Origin: Mobula hypostoma
Lineage: Eukaryota
Reading direction: 5' to 3'
DNA length: 64,000 nucleotides
Assembly (NCBI RefSeq): GCF_963921235.1
Contig: NC_086097.1
Span: 69,938,001 to 70,002,000 of the forward strand
Position numbers and translations under genes: made by a program. Each line of letters begins with the position of its first letter. The first letter of the stretch is position 1. A model generated the notes under the pieces. That model was given only the letters and a program-made list of their open reading frames with translations. It made no database searches and had not been told where the DNA came from. Below, in pieces: positions 12,801 to 25,299 of this stretch.

Positions 12801-13995
12801 GGTAGATGTTGTCTATATGGACTTCAGTAAGGCCTTTAACAATGTTCCACACGGAAGGTTAGTTAGGAAGGTTCAATCGTTAGGTATTAATATTGAAGTA
12901 GTAAAATGGATTCAGCAGTGGCTGGATGGGAGACGCCAGAGAGTAGTGGTGGATAACTGTTTGTCAGATTGGAGGCCGGTGACTAGTGGTGTGCCTTGGG
13001 GATCTGAACCAGGTCCAATGTTGTTTGTCATATATATTAATGATCTGGATGATGGGGTGGTAAATTGGATGAGTAAGTATGCAGATGATACTAAGATAGG
13101 TGGAGTTGTGGATGATGAAGTAGGTTTTCAAAGCTTGCAGAGAGATTTAGGCCAGTTAGAAGAGTGGGCTGAAAGATGGCAGATGGAGTTTAATGCTGAT
13201 AAATGTGAGGTGCTACATTTTGGTAGGACTAATCAAAATAGGACATACATGGCAAATGGTAGGGCATTGAAGAATGCAGTAGAACAGAGGGATCTAGGAA
13301 TAATGGTGCATAGTTCCCTGAAGTTGGAATGTTATGTGGATAGGGTGGTGAAGAAAGCTTTTGGTATGCTGGCCTTTATAAATCAGAGCATTGAGTATAG
13401 GAGTTGGGATGTAATGTTGAAATTGTACAAGGCATTGGTAAGGCCAAATTTGGAGTATTGTGTACAGTTCTGGTCACCGAATTGTAGGAAAGATGTCTAC
13501 AAAATCGAGAGAGTACAGAGAAGATTTACTAGAATGTTACCTGGTTTTCAATCACCTAAGTTACAGAGAAAGGTTGAACAAGTTACTTCTTTATTCTTTG
13601 GAGCGTAGAAGGTTGAGGAGGGACTTGATAGAGGTATTTAAAATTATGAGGGGGATAGATAGAGTTGACGTGGATAGGCTTTTTCCATTGAGAGTGGAGG
13701 AGATTCAAACAAGAGGACATGAGTTAAGAGTTAAAGGGCAGAAGTTTAGGGGTAACATGAGGGGGAACTTCTTTACTCAGAGAGTGGTAGCTGTGTGGAA
13801 CGAGCTTCCAGCAGAAGTGGCTGAGGCAGGTTCGATGTTGTCATTTAAAGTTAAATTGGATAGCTATATGGACAGGAAAGGAATGGAGGGTTATAGGCTG
13901 AGTGCAGGTCGGTGGGACTAGGTGAGAGTAAGCATGCGGCACGGACTAGAAGGGCCGAGATGGCCTGTTTCTGTGCTGTAATTGTTATATGGTTA
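9803..13995 (+). mobile_element. Near full-length CR1 LINE (ORF1 zinc finger/coiled coil + SGNH esterase; ORF2 APE endonuclease + RT), frameshifted
   Basis: ORF1 about 10081-11015 (CSVCSMWDVR, VIGDSIVRG, VHVGTND, DGLHLN). ORF2 about 11135-13921 (ISETWL, YYRPP, GDFN, NYRPVSL, YMDFSKAF, YADD). CR1 3' tail gggccgagatggcctgtttctgtgctgta...ttatatggttata. Possible TSD TAGGA (9801-9805 / 13996-14000). Confidence 0.97.
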
Positions 13996-15276
13996 TAGGA
14001 ACTATGGGTATCCTTCAAGAAATTAAGTCTTTCTTTAATCTAAGGATTTCTAAAATGATATATATCTTCAATTTAAAAGCTCATCTTTCTCTTCTGATCA
14101 GACCCATAACACCAAGTACAAATCCTACTAGTCATTTCTGCACCAGCTTCAGCACTTGGCTGTGTCCTGGTGGCCAGAAACATAGACAACTCCCAGTGCA
14201 AGTACTGATTATAAATTCACCTACTTTGCATTGTAGCATTTTGGCTGAGCAATTTAATATTCTACTTGATTTATATAGTGTGGACACTAAGTGTCTTATC
14301 AACTCAGACTCGAGATTTTCTTTTGCATTCTTTCCTAAGCCAATATGAGGAAGCATTGACCCCTGAACTTCATTTTGAGCTTGTATAATTTGTAGTGACC
14401 CTTTCAGTTTCAAACGTCACACAAAGATTAGTTGACTGTTTTTGAGCTGGTGCCAATGTTCATGAACACTAAGTTTTAGATCTTGCTGAATTTGGTGAAA
14501 CAACAGTGCTTAAAGAGAGCCCTCTGTACAGATTAAGCCATTTCAACAGTGAGAGCTGTTCCCTTTTCAATGTTGGTTGGAGTTGGCTGCCACTTTAATG
14601 GGATCTCTGACACCCGGCAGTTATTATCAAGTTGGCTGAGAAGCTATTTACGTTACAGCAAACAAAGAAGAATGACTTTTACCTCATGAGTTTTTTTTAA
14701 ACAAGGTATCACATAAAGATTTGATCCTATGGTGGAAATTGAAGAATAAGAAACAATATGATTTTATAAATATCAAGGTGGGGAGATATTATAATCCAAA
14801 TACCCGAACTTTGGTTATGGCCCAGAGAGTGCATGGATGGTAAGTATGCCTTAGTATTAAGTTAGAACTCATTTGGACATTATGCAACAACACAACTCCA
14901 GGGTGCTTCACAGCAAGTAATTATCTGAGATATTATTTGATTCAATTGCTTCCTCCTGTTTATGATGTGGTAGGGAAATAAAAAACATTAAATGGTTTCT
15001 GTTAAAACTTAGATATGTAGAATTATTCTCATATTTTCACAATCATTGTAACTGCAACAACTTGCCCAACATTTCTTTGGATGCAGGAAAATGACTTGTT
15101 ATTTGCATGATGCCATCTATACTGCCAAGTGATTGCTTGCGACTAGAGTGTTCATCAGCTGAGGTTCCAAAAGCCTTGGACATTTCTTAATACTGAATAT
15201 TCATCACCCCCATGTGAATTTCTTTTGAGAACTTTGATTTCCTTTTAAAGTGTAAGCTTCATTGGGAAAATCTCAC

Positions 15277-15433
15277 CTGTGAGCAGCAGCTGAGCAGATA
15301 CTGGAGACAGAGGCATACACTCCAGTTCCCCAGACTTCATTCCGGGAAAAATCACAATTTGGTGGGCACAGCACATCCACCTGGCTCTCCCTGAAGGAAC
15401 TACCTCTGCTGGAACACACGACTGAAACTGGCA
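15277..15433 (-). CDS. coch: Cochlin coding exon 3, N-terminal half of the LCCL domain
   Basis: ttcttcaag|TG CCA...CAC AG|gtgaga, 157 nt, encoding (V)PVSVVCSSRGSSFRESQVDVLCPPNCDFSRNEVWGTGVYASVSSICSAAAH(R). Aligns without gaps to human cochlin PIAITCFTRG...DVLCPGGC...VYASVSSICGAAVHR as recalled, and fits better than vitrin. Confidence 0.9.
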
Positions 15434-15779
15434 CTTGAAGAACAAAGCACACTCTGTAATACACCTCGGAAGAATGTTAATGTGCCATTAACAGAACCAT
15501 CAATGCTACCCCATCAGAATGCTTTAGTAACTAAATCTTAATAGAGTCACAAAATGATATCAACAATCTACAGTGTTTCATATTAACACTGAGAGAAAAA
15601 TAGACAATAAAAAGTAAATATGGTAGGATTTAAGGAAGCCATTACACATCTGTTGCATGGGATCTGTACAAATACACTTAATCTTGTTTCAATAAATCTA
15701 TTAACTTCTAGTACAGAATTTTATAAATTTTATTTAAGACTTGGTTCTTGTCCAATAGATGTAGCTTTTACAATCATAC

Positions 15780-15821
15780 CTGATCCTTGATCTGGTGCTG
15801 CTGAGGTAAATGTTAACGTTC
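15780..15821 (-). CDS. coch: Cochlin coding exon 2, end of signal peptide
   Basis: ttttcttgcatacag|GA ACG TTA ACA TTT ACC TCA GCA GCA CCA GAT CAA GGA TCA G|gtatga, 42 nt, phase 1 to 1, keeping frame between the flanking exons (GTLTFTSAAPDQGS). Confidence 0.8.
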
Positions 15822-16099
15822 CTGTATGCAAGAAAAGAAGAATCCTTTGTAACTCCAGGTTAATTCCTGACATAAATTTAAGAATCAGTCACATTAGTTG
15901 GAGAAAATGGAAATGTTGGCTTGCATAAGAAGTCAAATAAATGGCAGTCCAGCCCCAATAATTAAATTTACAACACACTCCAACAACCTTAACGTGAACA
16001 TATTGGGAGCTTAATGAAAAGAACGAACGATGTGAGTTAATAACTTTTAATTTTCAGCTACTAGATATCAGGATCTCCTTTGTGCAAATCCTTGTAAAT

Positions 16100-17400
16100 T
16101 CCAGGTTTTCTGGAGATATTTGTGTCTTTTACTCATCCGCAAGCGCAATTCAGCGGAGACTTCTGCTCTGTTCCATTCTAAAAGTACCGTATTTACATCA
16201 AATGGACGCAGAGCTCGGGAAAGCAAGGTGCACCGTTGGGTTGGATTTTAGTATTCGCCCAAAGCGTTCCCCAGTTCCCCAGTCTGTGCCTGTAACGCGC
16301 TATTTGGTGCCCCCGCCCCCCACACCCACCCCAGCTAGGCTGCAGGTGAGCTTTGCTGTCTCGGGTCATTTTGAGCATTTGAATCTCCTCTCCCAACCTG
16401 ATGGAGTTCGCCGCCACTGACTAATTGCCGAGTTTCCATTGGGAATGAGGCACTTACCGAAAAAGACGATTGCCCTAGTTAGAACAAACATGGTAACAGC
16501 ATCCAGAGTATTCCGATCCAAGAGCTACAGTCAATGATAAAAGCACACAAGATGAATATCACGGGCGTCAGGCTGTAACCACAAGGCGACCGACAATCCG
16601 CTTACGGCCGAATACTTGAAACAAAACCAACTGCAAAACAAGCAGCTTGGTTTAAGCCGCGTTAACAATGTACTGCTCAAAATGAACAGGTCAAAGCCCC
16701 TTTTCAACGATACAAGCTGAAGATGTACCCCCGGTGGCATCTCTAACCCTTTCGCCTAAACTCTCGGAAGAGTGGGGAAGATGCGCTTAATCAGGGCTTT
16801 ACTTCAGCCCATGTTTTGTGATCTTATTGTCCAAACTTCAGTAACAACCGCTCCAGATATCTTAAGTATCCGGTATTGGATCAACATTAACGAATATCTC
16901 CATGTCCTGTCGTTTATTTACTGCCAATCCAATGTTAATAAGAGGTTCGACCCTTTTCTTCCCCACTGTCCCTTCATACCTCGTCCAGATTTCCACTCAC
17001 TTCACCTACCGTTCGCTGAGGAAACGAGACGATCTTATGCTTCACTCGGTAGTTTTCTGTGCCGCCAGCGAAAGGCTCAAATCTCACCCTGAATCTCAAC
17101 TTCTCCAATTCACCTAAATACGCCTGGTTGCGTCACGCCGAGGCGTTCCAGATGCGCAATTTTGCGGATCACTGTATATTTCGTATTTATATCTGGCACT
17201 CTGGCGGCAGAACGAGTTTTCAAATCTGGATTGGCACCGACTGACCGTAAATTAGAAGGGGGTGATCTACAAGGAAGAGAGAAGGAATCGGTCGACGATC
17301 CAGCCACAGATCACGGGGACCCGTTGTGGCAGCATCGCCGGAACGGGGACAATTCACCAGGACTGGGAAATTGATCGAAAGGGAAAAATCAAGAATTGAA
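16100..17400. promoter_or_regulatory. coch: CpG island / coch promoter, with candidate TATA box (17186-17191, minus) and 5' UTR exon ending at about 17010
   Basis: Sharp local rise in CpG in otherwise CpG-depleted DNA. Minus strand shows GATATAAATA at about 17184-17193, TGACGCAA (CRE/C-EBP-like) at about 17128-17135, and donor aacg|gtaggt at 17010/17009. Confidence 0.7.
16458..16491 (-). CDS. coch: Cochlin first coding exon (start codon, signal peptide MFVLTRAIVFF)
   Basis: accATG TTT GTT CTA ACT AGG GCA ATC GTC TTT TTC G|gtaagt, 34 coding nt, phase 1. An acceptor ttgactgtag| at 16525/16524 implies an upstream non-coding exon. Confidence 0.85.
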
Positions 17401-17610
17401 ACTATTAGTAGCTCAGGTAGCGTCTGTGGAAAAACACAGGCGTGAAAAATCAAACAAAAAAACTCCATAACCTGTCAGTTATGTTTGTCTCCGATTCAGG
17501 TGAATTTGCGTAACCTGAAAAGTAGCTTTTATTTCTTTCTTCATAGATAAGTATTTCCAACATTTTTGTGTTGTTTCAGATTTCCACCACGTCAAGTGTA
17601 TTGCTTTAGG
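17385..17610. mobile_element. Old Penelope-pLTR-derived short element
   Basis: ctcaggtagcgtctgtggaaa ... tatttccaacatttttgtgttgtttcagatttcca resemble the pLTR-derived arms at 50176-50320 and 63776-63980. Confidence 0.45.
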
Positions 17611-17689
17611 TTATCATCAGGACTATAGATTCTCTAGAGAAAGAAATAGCCTGGAATGGAAATTAATTAGAAGGGGAAAAAAATAGACC

Positions 17690-18260
17690 GGAACGAGAAT
17701 TACTCAGAAGTGCAGATCACCGAAATTAAATTTATATTAATAATAATCAGAAATCATCAGACTGCAAACTCATCAAAGCCAGGAAACCAGTAACCACAAA
17801 TACAGTTCCCTTCAATTCTAAAGTAACCAGAATAGTAATTAATTAGAAATGGAATTTGCCAGAACTGTGTCAGATCTAAAAACCCTAAGATTTCAACACA
17901 ACCAGATATCAGAATCAAAGTCAGTAGCACCAAATCACTGGAACAGAAAGATACCAGACCCAGAAATTCATGAAAACTCAAAAATATCACACCTGAAAGT
18001 TGACAGAAATGGAAATCAACAAACCTGAAAGCCTTTTACTCAGAATGGAAATTAACGGTAAAGAAAATCATAAGTGATCATGAACACGACTGGAAATTGC
18101 CTAAGCTAAACAAAAGTCAGAACCAGAATTGACCAAGCATACAAACAAGAACCGAAAATAACCAAAGAACTGGAAATCACCAAGACCAGTTAGTCGTCCC
18201 CAAACTGGAAATCATTAAAACCAGAATACATCACAAATACATTCATAAGAAAATTGGAAT
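17690..18260. repeat. Highly decayed A-rich short-period repeat (recurring ccagaaat / ctggaaat / gaaatcacca)
   Basis: Many imperfect recurrences of (a)c(c/t)(a/g)gaaat(c)a and a strong A-over-T strand skew. Confidence 0.5.
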
Positions 18261-19022
18261 ATATTTCCACACTTTACACTGTATCTTTAGTAATAGATAA
18301 TGAAAATGCCTAAATTTCTATTTTACATAATAACAATATATTTCACAATTAGGTATATTAAAAATCTGCATTTATATTGTACCTCTAACATGGGAGGATA
18401 TCCTGTGACTCTTCACAGAAACAAACCTGAGTGTGGAAAGCAAAGAACACTCTGAGTATCACAAACTAAACTGTAATTCTTGAAATATATCATTAATCAG
18501 AATATGTTGCTGTGAAAGCACAATACTATAAATATCTCATTAGAGCTGTGAACAGGGAGGAATGTGACATCGGAGCAACACAGATATTTTACAAGTATAT
18601 TTAAATAAGTTCATTTGCAAATCAGCTGGTGGGGGGAAGGGGGTAGCTAATATGTCATATTGATCGCAAACCTTTTACAGTACGTCCAAACTAAAGTCCT
18701 TCCCATATGATTTGCAAGAGCGAGTTGGGATTGTACACTTGGTTATAAACCAGTTTCCTATTCCAACAGAGAACATCCCTGCATCTTCTTCAGTGATTCT
18801 CTTGGAAAAGAAAATGTTGAGATGGTTCTCGTCCAGTCTGTAATGTTCTCATTTTTTTTGCAACATCGTTTCTCTGTTGCATTTACTTTCTTTAACGAAA
18901 CAGTTAAATGAAATTTCTCAAATACAAAATGGTAGCACGGTCAGCTTTCATCTCCACTTGCTATCTACTATGAAATATGAACAATATGAAAGTGGTTATC
19001 AGAGGAAAATTAGACCTTAGAG

Positions 19023-19103
19023 CAGGGGTTCCCAACCCAACGTCCACAAACTCCTTGCTTAATGGTATTGGTCCATGTCATAAAGAACAGTTGGGAGGCT
19101 TTG
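19023..19103. mobile_element. 81-bp hAT-type MITE
   Basis: Ends CAGGGGTTCCCAAC ... GTTGGGAGGCTTTG, flanked by a perfect 8-bp TSD CCTTAGAG (19015-19022, 19104-19111). Confidence 0.85.
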
Positions 19104-19975
19104 CCTTAGAGGCTTGGCCGTTGTTCAACTGTACACTCTCCCAGCCATACAGTAATCAAGTGTGGTGCTAATGAGTACATGTAATTGTAGAAGCTTAAAG
19201 TCAGCCGAATATCCTTCAGCACTGGGCCACAGCACCTCCTGTGGATTTTCAGAAACTTGAAAAGCAGCAAGCAATTAAAAATTATGAACTGTCTGTAGAA
19301 ATAAATCAGCAACTGACCAGAAATGCTTCCTTAAATAGCTCTGGTGGAGTGAGATGGAGAGTTGGGCCATTACTTTGCTCGAGGCATGGTTAGATGGGTA
19401 AAATTAAGAAAAGCCATTATCAAGAATGTGGGTTTAAAATGGCAGCATTGGTGTCAAACCCACCTCATTTGCTAATTGATGTCACCATGTTCTTGGACTG
19501 CACACTTCTCACATTGTCTTTTGAATCATCCTTTCCTCAAATATGCAAGGGCAAATTGGCCCTCATTTTGAAACCAAATGGCACTTGGGCACCCCCAGAA
19601 TATATTCTATGGAACCAACGGATGCAATAAATATTTTAAAATAAACTCCAATTATTTACAAAACTCTGCTCTCTTTTGCACTGCACATTTTCATTTGTGA
19701 AAATTAATTGAGAATCTAGCTGATTACATCCAAGAATTAACAGTTTCTGTACTATTAAAAGTCTGGACAAGTACTGATGAACCAACTGACATTTCTGATT
19801 ATTATCATAAACTCAGATGGAATGATTAAGAACACATACACTTGTATTCACAATTAGTTCTATAACAAACACAAACAAAACATCATTAATAAATCCTAAA
19901 ATACCATAGAATATTTCATTATGAAACCCCTGCTTCCACAGATTGGAAGTGAAATTGGGCATGAAACTTAAAAGC

Positions 19976-20422
19976 TTAAAGGTGTTCTGATTCAATTTCC
20001 AGCCCATGTTTCTGCATATTTTTCAGCTTTGAAGTCACATTGACATTTGGTTTGGTGTCTAAACCAGATTTTAGTTCTGCTTTCAAGTCTGATCTCTTAG
20101 ACGCAGGAATCTGAAGTACCAGGTACTTGTCAGCTTTATTTCCAAGCTCTGGTGCCTTCCTGTCCACACACAGATAACCAGATTTCATGGTGCCTGCATC
20201 ATCCCTTTCCTTCAAGCAGTGGAACAGAGCTTGGACCTCCTTGCGAAACTTGGGGCTCATGCCAAAGTAAATGATGGGGTTATAGAAGCTGGCAGATTTG
20301 GCAAGAAGACATGCCAGTATGCTAGTGATTGCTGGTGTGCTGTACCCACATGCTGACCACATTGAGATGACAGCATAAGGGGACCAAGCCAGAATGAAGG
20401 CTGTACAAATTACAAAGGACAC
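19976..20422 (-). CDS. opn6: Opsin (opn6-like) last coding exon: TM6, TM7 with Schiff-base Lys296, C-tail, stop
   Basis: ttttctgccttacag|GTG TCC TTT...; VSFVICTAFILAWSPYAVISMWSACG...LLAKSASFYNPIIYFGMSPKFR..., stop TAA at 19976-19978. The opsin call is secure; the opn6 name rests on recalled similarity. Confidence 0.93.
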   Translation of the reverse strand: MSFVICTAFILAWSPYAVISMWSACGYSTPAITSILACLLAKSASFYNPIIYFGMSPKFRKEVQALFHCLKERDDAGTMKSGYLCVDRKAPELGNKADKYLVLQIPASKRSDLKAELKSGLDTKPNVNVTSKLKNMQKHGLEIESEHL

Positions 20423-20807
20423 CTGTAAGGCAGAAAAAAATCAATTGTTACAACAATGGTTAAGACAGAGAATCAATTTTCTCAACTTCCCAGTTGTATT
20501 CTACATGAAGTTTCATTGCCTCTGTTTCACCCTTTCCACAAAAAGTCTGACTATATAGTCCTGACTGCATCTTGTGCTTTGTATTGCCAACTTTTTGCTA
20601 TATATTTTGGATTCTACAATCTGATGCTAACCTGCCACTAATTAAATATTGAATCAATGCAGATAACAGTAAATGAAGCTCCAGATGTATGTTTGCTAAA
20701 GCATGGTAGCATAATTCAGACCATCATTTCAGCTTCAGCTGATCTTTGACCCTAGCTCATAACAATTCCTATATTGTAGCCTCCGTACATCTTCACAAAG
20801 CCCAGGT

Positions 20808-21092
20808 TTATTTTTGTAGAGTTACAACACGGAGTGGGCACTTCTGGCCCTTTGAGTCGAGCTCCCTGCAATCCCCCATTCTAATCCTAGCCTAGTCATG
20901 GGACAATTTACAGTGACCAGTCAACCTACCAACCGGTATGTCTCTTGACTGTGGGAGGAAACCAGAGCACCAGGAGGAAACCCATGGGTCAGGGGGAGAA
21001 TGTAGAAACTCCTAACAGGCAGCAGCGGGAACGGAACCCAGGTTAATGGTACTGTAAAGCGTAGTGTTAACCACTACACTACCATGCCGCCC
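20808..21092 (-). mobile_element. tRNA-derived V-SINE (HE1-like)
   Basis: Minus strand: GGCGGCATGGTAGTGTAGTGG (A box), GGTTCCGTTCC (B box), V-domain GGGTTTCCTCCTGGTGCTCTGGTTTCCTCCCACA, and a CR1-like 3' tail. Confidence 0.85.
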
Positions 21093-21659
21093 AAACGAAC
21101 TTTGAAGGGAACTGATAGGAAAGATGGAGAGAAAGTATTTTTGTTGGCTGGGAGAAGAAACTACTTTGAGAAAGAGGAGTTAAAAGCTTCTGCATGTACA
21201 AGGTGGTTAAAACTCGCAAATGTTAATTTTTTCTGGGTCAATTGTTTGTTGAAATATGGGTCTGGAAGAATTTTAATAATCAAAGTCAACTCTTCAGCCA
21301 CAGATCCACTGTCAATTCATTAAACACTGGAAGGTGCTTGTCAAACAAAGCTGCCAATGAGCTTGAGCAGGGCGCAGTCATGTATTTAGTAGAAGGTATT
21401 ACAGAAATAAATACTCAGGCTATGGGCTTGGTGTCATTCAAGGGACTGCTTTGTCCTGAATAGTCATGCATTATTACAGCTTGTTTCAAGCAATTAGGAG
21501 TACTTTATCACAATGCTGACCTGTAATTTGTAGATAGGGGAAAGGCTATTGGGCATAAGGAGATGAGTCACATTGCAGAGAATACCCTCCTTCTGATCTG
21601 TATCAGCTGCCACATTATTTGTGTGACTCAATCAGATAATTTTTTTGAATTGAACATGA

Positions 21660-24600
21660 ACGTCCTTCCAGGTAGTAAGTGAATCCGGAGACTGGGTTAC
21701 TGGCGCTGAGCATGGATCATTGGTGCAGAGGGAAAGGAGGGGTGTGGTAGCGATAGGAGACTCAATAGTCAGGGGAACAGGCAGGAGATTCTGTAGACGT
21801 GAATGGGACACCCGAATGGTATGTTGCCTCCCAGGTGCCACGGTCAGGGTCATCTCAGATCGCATCCACAGCATTTTGGAGGGGAGGGAGAGCAGCCAGC
21901 TGTCTTGGTACATATTGGTACCTATGACATAGGAAGGAAAAGCAAAGAGGTCCTGGAAAGAGAATTTAGAGAGCTAGGCAGGAAGCTGAGAAGCAGGACC
22001 TCCAGGGAAATAATTTCTGGATTGCTGCCTGTGCCACGCACCACTGAGGGTAGAAACAGGATGATTTATCAGATTAATGCGTGGCTGAGAAGCTGGTGTA
22101 GGAGGCAGAGCTTCAGGTTCTTGGATCATTGGGATCTCTTCTGGGGGAGGTATGACCTGTTCAAAAGTGATGGGTTGCACCTGAACCTGAGGAGAACCAA
22201 TATTCTCACAGGAAGGTTATTAGGTCTGTAGGGGAGGGTTTAAACTAATTTGGCGGGGGGGGGCGGTGGGAACTGGAATGAAAGAGCTCAGGATAGGATG
22301 GATGGTAAAACAGCAAAGATGGTGTGCAATCAGACTATCAGGAAGGGCAAGCAGATGATAGGACATTACTGCAGACAGCAGGGTGAGTAACAGTGCATTT
22401 GGGATACAGAATGAAAAAGGGTAGCAAATGCAATACTCAATGTGTTCCACCTCAATGCACGGAGTATAAGAAATAAGGTGGATGATCTTGTTGCACTATT
22501 ACAGATTGCCGGGTATGATACTGTGGCCATCACTGAATCATGGCTGAAGGATGATTGTAGTTTGGAGCTGATTGTCCAGCGTTACACGTTGTATCAGAGG
22601 GACAGGAAGGAAGGCAGAGGGTGGTGTGGCTCTGCTGGTAAAGAATGGCATCAAGTCAGCAGAAAGGTGTGACATAGGATCGGAAAATGTTGAATCCTTG
22701 TGGGTTATGTTAAGAAATTGCAATGGTAAAAAGACCCTGATGGCAGTTATATGCAGGCCTTCCAACAGTAGTTGGGATGTGGACCACAGACTGCAACGGG
22801 AAATAGAAAAGGGATGTCAAAAGGGCAATGTTATGATAGTCATGGGAGATTACAGCATGCAGGTCGATTGGGAAAATCAGGCTGGTAGTGGATCTCAAGA
22901 GAGTGATAGCTCTTTAGAGCAGTTTGTCATTGAGCCTACTAGGGAATCAGCTATACTGGATTGGTGTTCTGTAATGAACCAGAGATGATTAGGAAGCTTA
23001 AGGTAAAATAACCCTAAAGAGGCAGTAATCACCATATGATTGAGTTCAATTTGATAGGGAGAAAGTAAAGTCTGATGTAGCAATATTTTAGTGGAGTAAA
23101 GGAAATTACAGCAATATGAGAGAGGAGTTGGCCAAAGTAAATTGGAAGGGGATGCTGGCAGGGATGACAGCAGAACAGCAATGGCATGAGTTTCTAGGAA
23201 AAATGAGGAAGTTGCAGGATAGATGTATCCCAGAAATGAAGATGTACTCAATGGCAAAATAGTACAGCCGTGACTAACAAAGGAAGTCAAAGCAAAAGAG
23301 AGGGCATACAACAAAGCGAAAATTAGTGGGTAGATAGAGGATTGGGAAGTTTTTTAAAATCTTAGAGAGCAATTAAAAGAATCATTTGGAGGGAAAAGAT
23401 GAAATATGAAAGCAAGTTAGCAAACAATATCAAAGTGGATATCAAAAGCTTTTTCATATATGTAAAAAAAAAAGAGAGATGAGAGTGTATATAGGAGTGG
23501 TAGAAAATGATGCCAGAGAAATAACTGGGGGGCAAAGAGATGGCAGATGAACTAAATGAGTATTTTGCATCAGTCTTCACTGCAGAAGAAACTAACAGTG
23601 TGCCAGACGTTGGAGGGTGTGAGGGAAGAGAAGTGAGTGCAGTTACTATTACAAGGGAGAGGTTGCTCAAACCTGGAAGTCCTAAGGGTAAATAAGTCAT
23701 CTAGACCAGATGAACTTCACCCTGGTATTCTGAAGGAGGTCGTGGTAGAGATTGTGGAGGCATTAGTAATGATCTTTCAAAAGTCATTGGACTTGGGCAT
23801 GGTGCCAGAGACTGGGAAATTGCAAATGTCACTCCACTCTTTAAGAAAGGAGGAAGGCAGCAGAAAGGAATTATAGACCAGTTAGCCTGACCTCAGTGGT
23901 TGGGAAGATGTTGGAGTCAATTGGTAAGGATGAGATTATGGAGTACTTGGTGACACAGGACAAGATTGGGCAAAGTAAGCATGGCTTCCTTAAGGGAAAA
24001 TCTTGCCTGACAAACCTGTTGGAATTCTTTGAGAGATTACAAGTAGGATAGATAAAGGGAGGTTGTATACTTTGGAGATTCAGAAGGCCATTGACAAGAT
24101 GCCACACATGAAGTAGCTTACCAAGTTAAGAGCCCACGGTATTACAGGAAAGTTACTGGCATAGTTAGAGCATTGACTGATTAGTAGGAGGCAGTGAGTG
24201 GGAATAAAAGGATCCTTTTCTGGTTGGCTGCAAGTGACTAGTGGTATTCTGCAGGGGTCGGTGTTGGGACTGCTTCTTTTAATGATGTGTATCAATAATT
24301 TAGATGATGAAATAAATGGCTTTGTTGCCATGTTATGCAGATGATACAAAGATTAGTGGAGGGGCAGGTAGTGTTCAGGAAGCAGGTAAGGCTGCAGAAG
24401 ACTTAGATTAGGAGAATGGGCAAGAAAGTGTCAATGTTGGAAAATGCATGGTCATGCACTTGGGTTGTAGAAATAAATGTGCAGGCTATTTTCTACGTGG
24501 GGATAAAGTCCAAAAATCTGAGATGCAAAGGGACTTGGGATTCCTTGTGCAGAACAGCCTAAAGAGGTAGAGTTGGTGGTGAGGAAGGTAAATGCAATTC

Positions 24601-25241
24601 TAACATTAATTTCAAGAGGTCTAGTATATAAGAGCAGGAATGTGATGTTGAGGCTTTATAAGGCATTGGTGAGGCTTCACCCTGAGCATTGTGAACAGTA
24701 TTGAGCTCCTCATCAAAGAAATAATGAGCTGGCATTGGAGAAGGCTCAGAGGAGGTTCTCAAGGATGATTCCAAGGATGAAAGGGTTATCATACGAGGGA
24801 TGTTTGATGGCTTTGGATCTACACTTGCTAGAATTTAGAATGATGAGGAGGGATCTTTTTGAAACTTTTCAAATGTTGAAATGCTTAGATAGTGTAGGTG
24901 TGGAAAGGATGTTTCCCATGATGGAAGAGTCTAGGTCAAGAGGGCACAGCCTCAGGATAGAGGGGTGTCCATTTAAAACAGAGAAGCAGAGAAATTTCTT
25001 TAGCCAGAGGATGGTGAATTTGTGGAATTTCTTACTACAGGCAGCTGTGAAGGCCAAGTCATTGGGTGTATTTAAGGCAGAGAATGATAAGTTCTTGATT
25101 GGACAGGATACCAAAGGTTACAGGGAGAAGGCCAGGGAGTGAGGCTGAGGAGGGGATTAAAAGAATCAGCCATGATTGAATGGCGGAGCAGACTCAATGG
25201 GTAAAATGGCCTAATTATACTCCTATGTCTCATGATCTTAC
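21660..25241 (+). mobile_element. 5'-truncated CR1 LINE (ORF1 esterase part + ORF2), heavily mutated
   Basis: IGDSIVRG, VHIGTYD, DGLHLN; LNARSIRNK, ITESWL; RT fragments; 3' tail ctcctatgtctcatgatctta. Confidence 0.93.
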
Positions 25242-25299
25242 GGAATCAGGATGGTTGTTAGCTTGTAGGGTGCAATGGCTTAAAACAGCATTCATGTAA

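Noticed and set aside
16082..17468. Cluster of overlapping ORFs on both strands
   Set aside because: Expected in a GC-rich CpG island with few stop codons; only the 34-nt coch exon has splice support.
21030..21092. tRNA-like sequence with A and B boxes
   Set aside because: It is the head of a V-SINE; no complete cloverleaf.
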